Source: Candidatus Margulisiibacteriota bacterium | Lineage (GTDB): Bacteria; Margulisbacteria; WOR-1; O2-12-FULL-45-9 | DNA length: 26,069 nucleotides | Assembly: GCA_043816785.1 (NCBI GenBank) | Contig: JBDRHP010000060.1 | Span: 1-26,069, forward strand | Direction of reading: 5' to 3' | Shown: positions 25,945-26,069 of the stretch, piece by piece | Numbering within the stretch: position 1 is the stretch's first letter | Layout of the letters: every line of letters begins with the position of its first letter | Position numbers and translations under genes: made by a program | The notes under the pieces: generated by a model | Told to the model about the DNA's origin: nothing | What the model saw: only the letters and a program-made list of their open reading frames with translations | Database searches by the model: none

Positions 25945-25986
25945 ACCTCAAGAAACCGGCGAATGAACTTCGCGGTTTCTTGAGGT
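25945..25986 (-). repeat. Bulged hairpin repeat, left type
   Basis: ACCTCAAGAAACC-G-GCGAA-TGAAC-TTCGC-GGTTTCTTGAGGT. Confidence 0.85.
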
Positions 25987-26008
25987 AAAATTGAGGTGAG
26001 GTGAATAA

Positions 26009-26069
26009 ATGAAATTTAAAGATTACAATCAAAGACAACAGTGGTTAATCCCGCCGAATATTGAAGATG
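26009..26069 (+). CDS. IS1182-family transposase, N-terminal fragment (truncated by window)
   Basis: MKFKDYNQRQQWLIPPNIED matches the F..Y.Q.Q..L.PP...D N-terminus typical of IS1182 transposases; only 20 codons visible. Confidence 0.7.
   Translation, partial: MKFKDYNQRQQWLIPPNIED

Larger units (their letters stand above)
25931..26069 (+). mobile_element. Left end of IS1182-like insertion sequence (partial)
   Basis: Terminal IR GAGGGTGTCCAATAAC (25931-25946), subterminal hairpin, GAGGTGA RBS and transposase start. Confidence 0.75.

Noticed and set aside
25731..26038. Minus-strand ORFs of 65 and 72 aa
   Set aside because: They span ispA, repeats and the IS end; the + strand transposase start with an RBS explains the region.

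Overview
A 26 kb bacterial chromosomal segment, almost all on the + strand. A Margulisbacteria/Saganbacteria-like origin is only my impression from gene and repeat style. Housekeeping genes: folC, TrmH/SpoU methyltransferase, SAM methyltransferase, pheS, pheT, mutS, two-domain thyX, a GH57-galT-glgA glycogen cluster, yebC, PHP phosphatase, hisF, ispA. There are also three Thr-linker lipoproteins and a small orphan-gene island behind back-to-back sigma28-like promoters. The main signal is a layered set of palindromic mobile DNA. (1) A family of bulged hairpins with covarying stems comes in two types ('left' with TGAAC loop, 'right' with GTTTA loop). The pair brackets an amber-inactivated IS200/IS605-type Y1 (HUH) transposase, forms an empty doublet between pheS and pheT, and sits just inside the two ends of an IS1182-like element; a solo copy lies in-frame in mutS. 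(2) A 21-nt palindrome is inserted precisely and in-frame in mutS and also into the loop of one of those hairpins. (3) Two partial IS1182-like copies bound the window, each apparently inserted at the centre of the same CCCTTCTCCC-NNN-GGGAGAAGGG hairpin repeat. (4) Nested GTCAT/ATGAC-tailed hairpins follow glgA.
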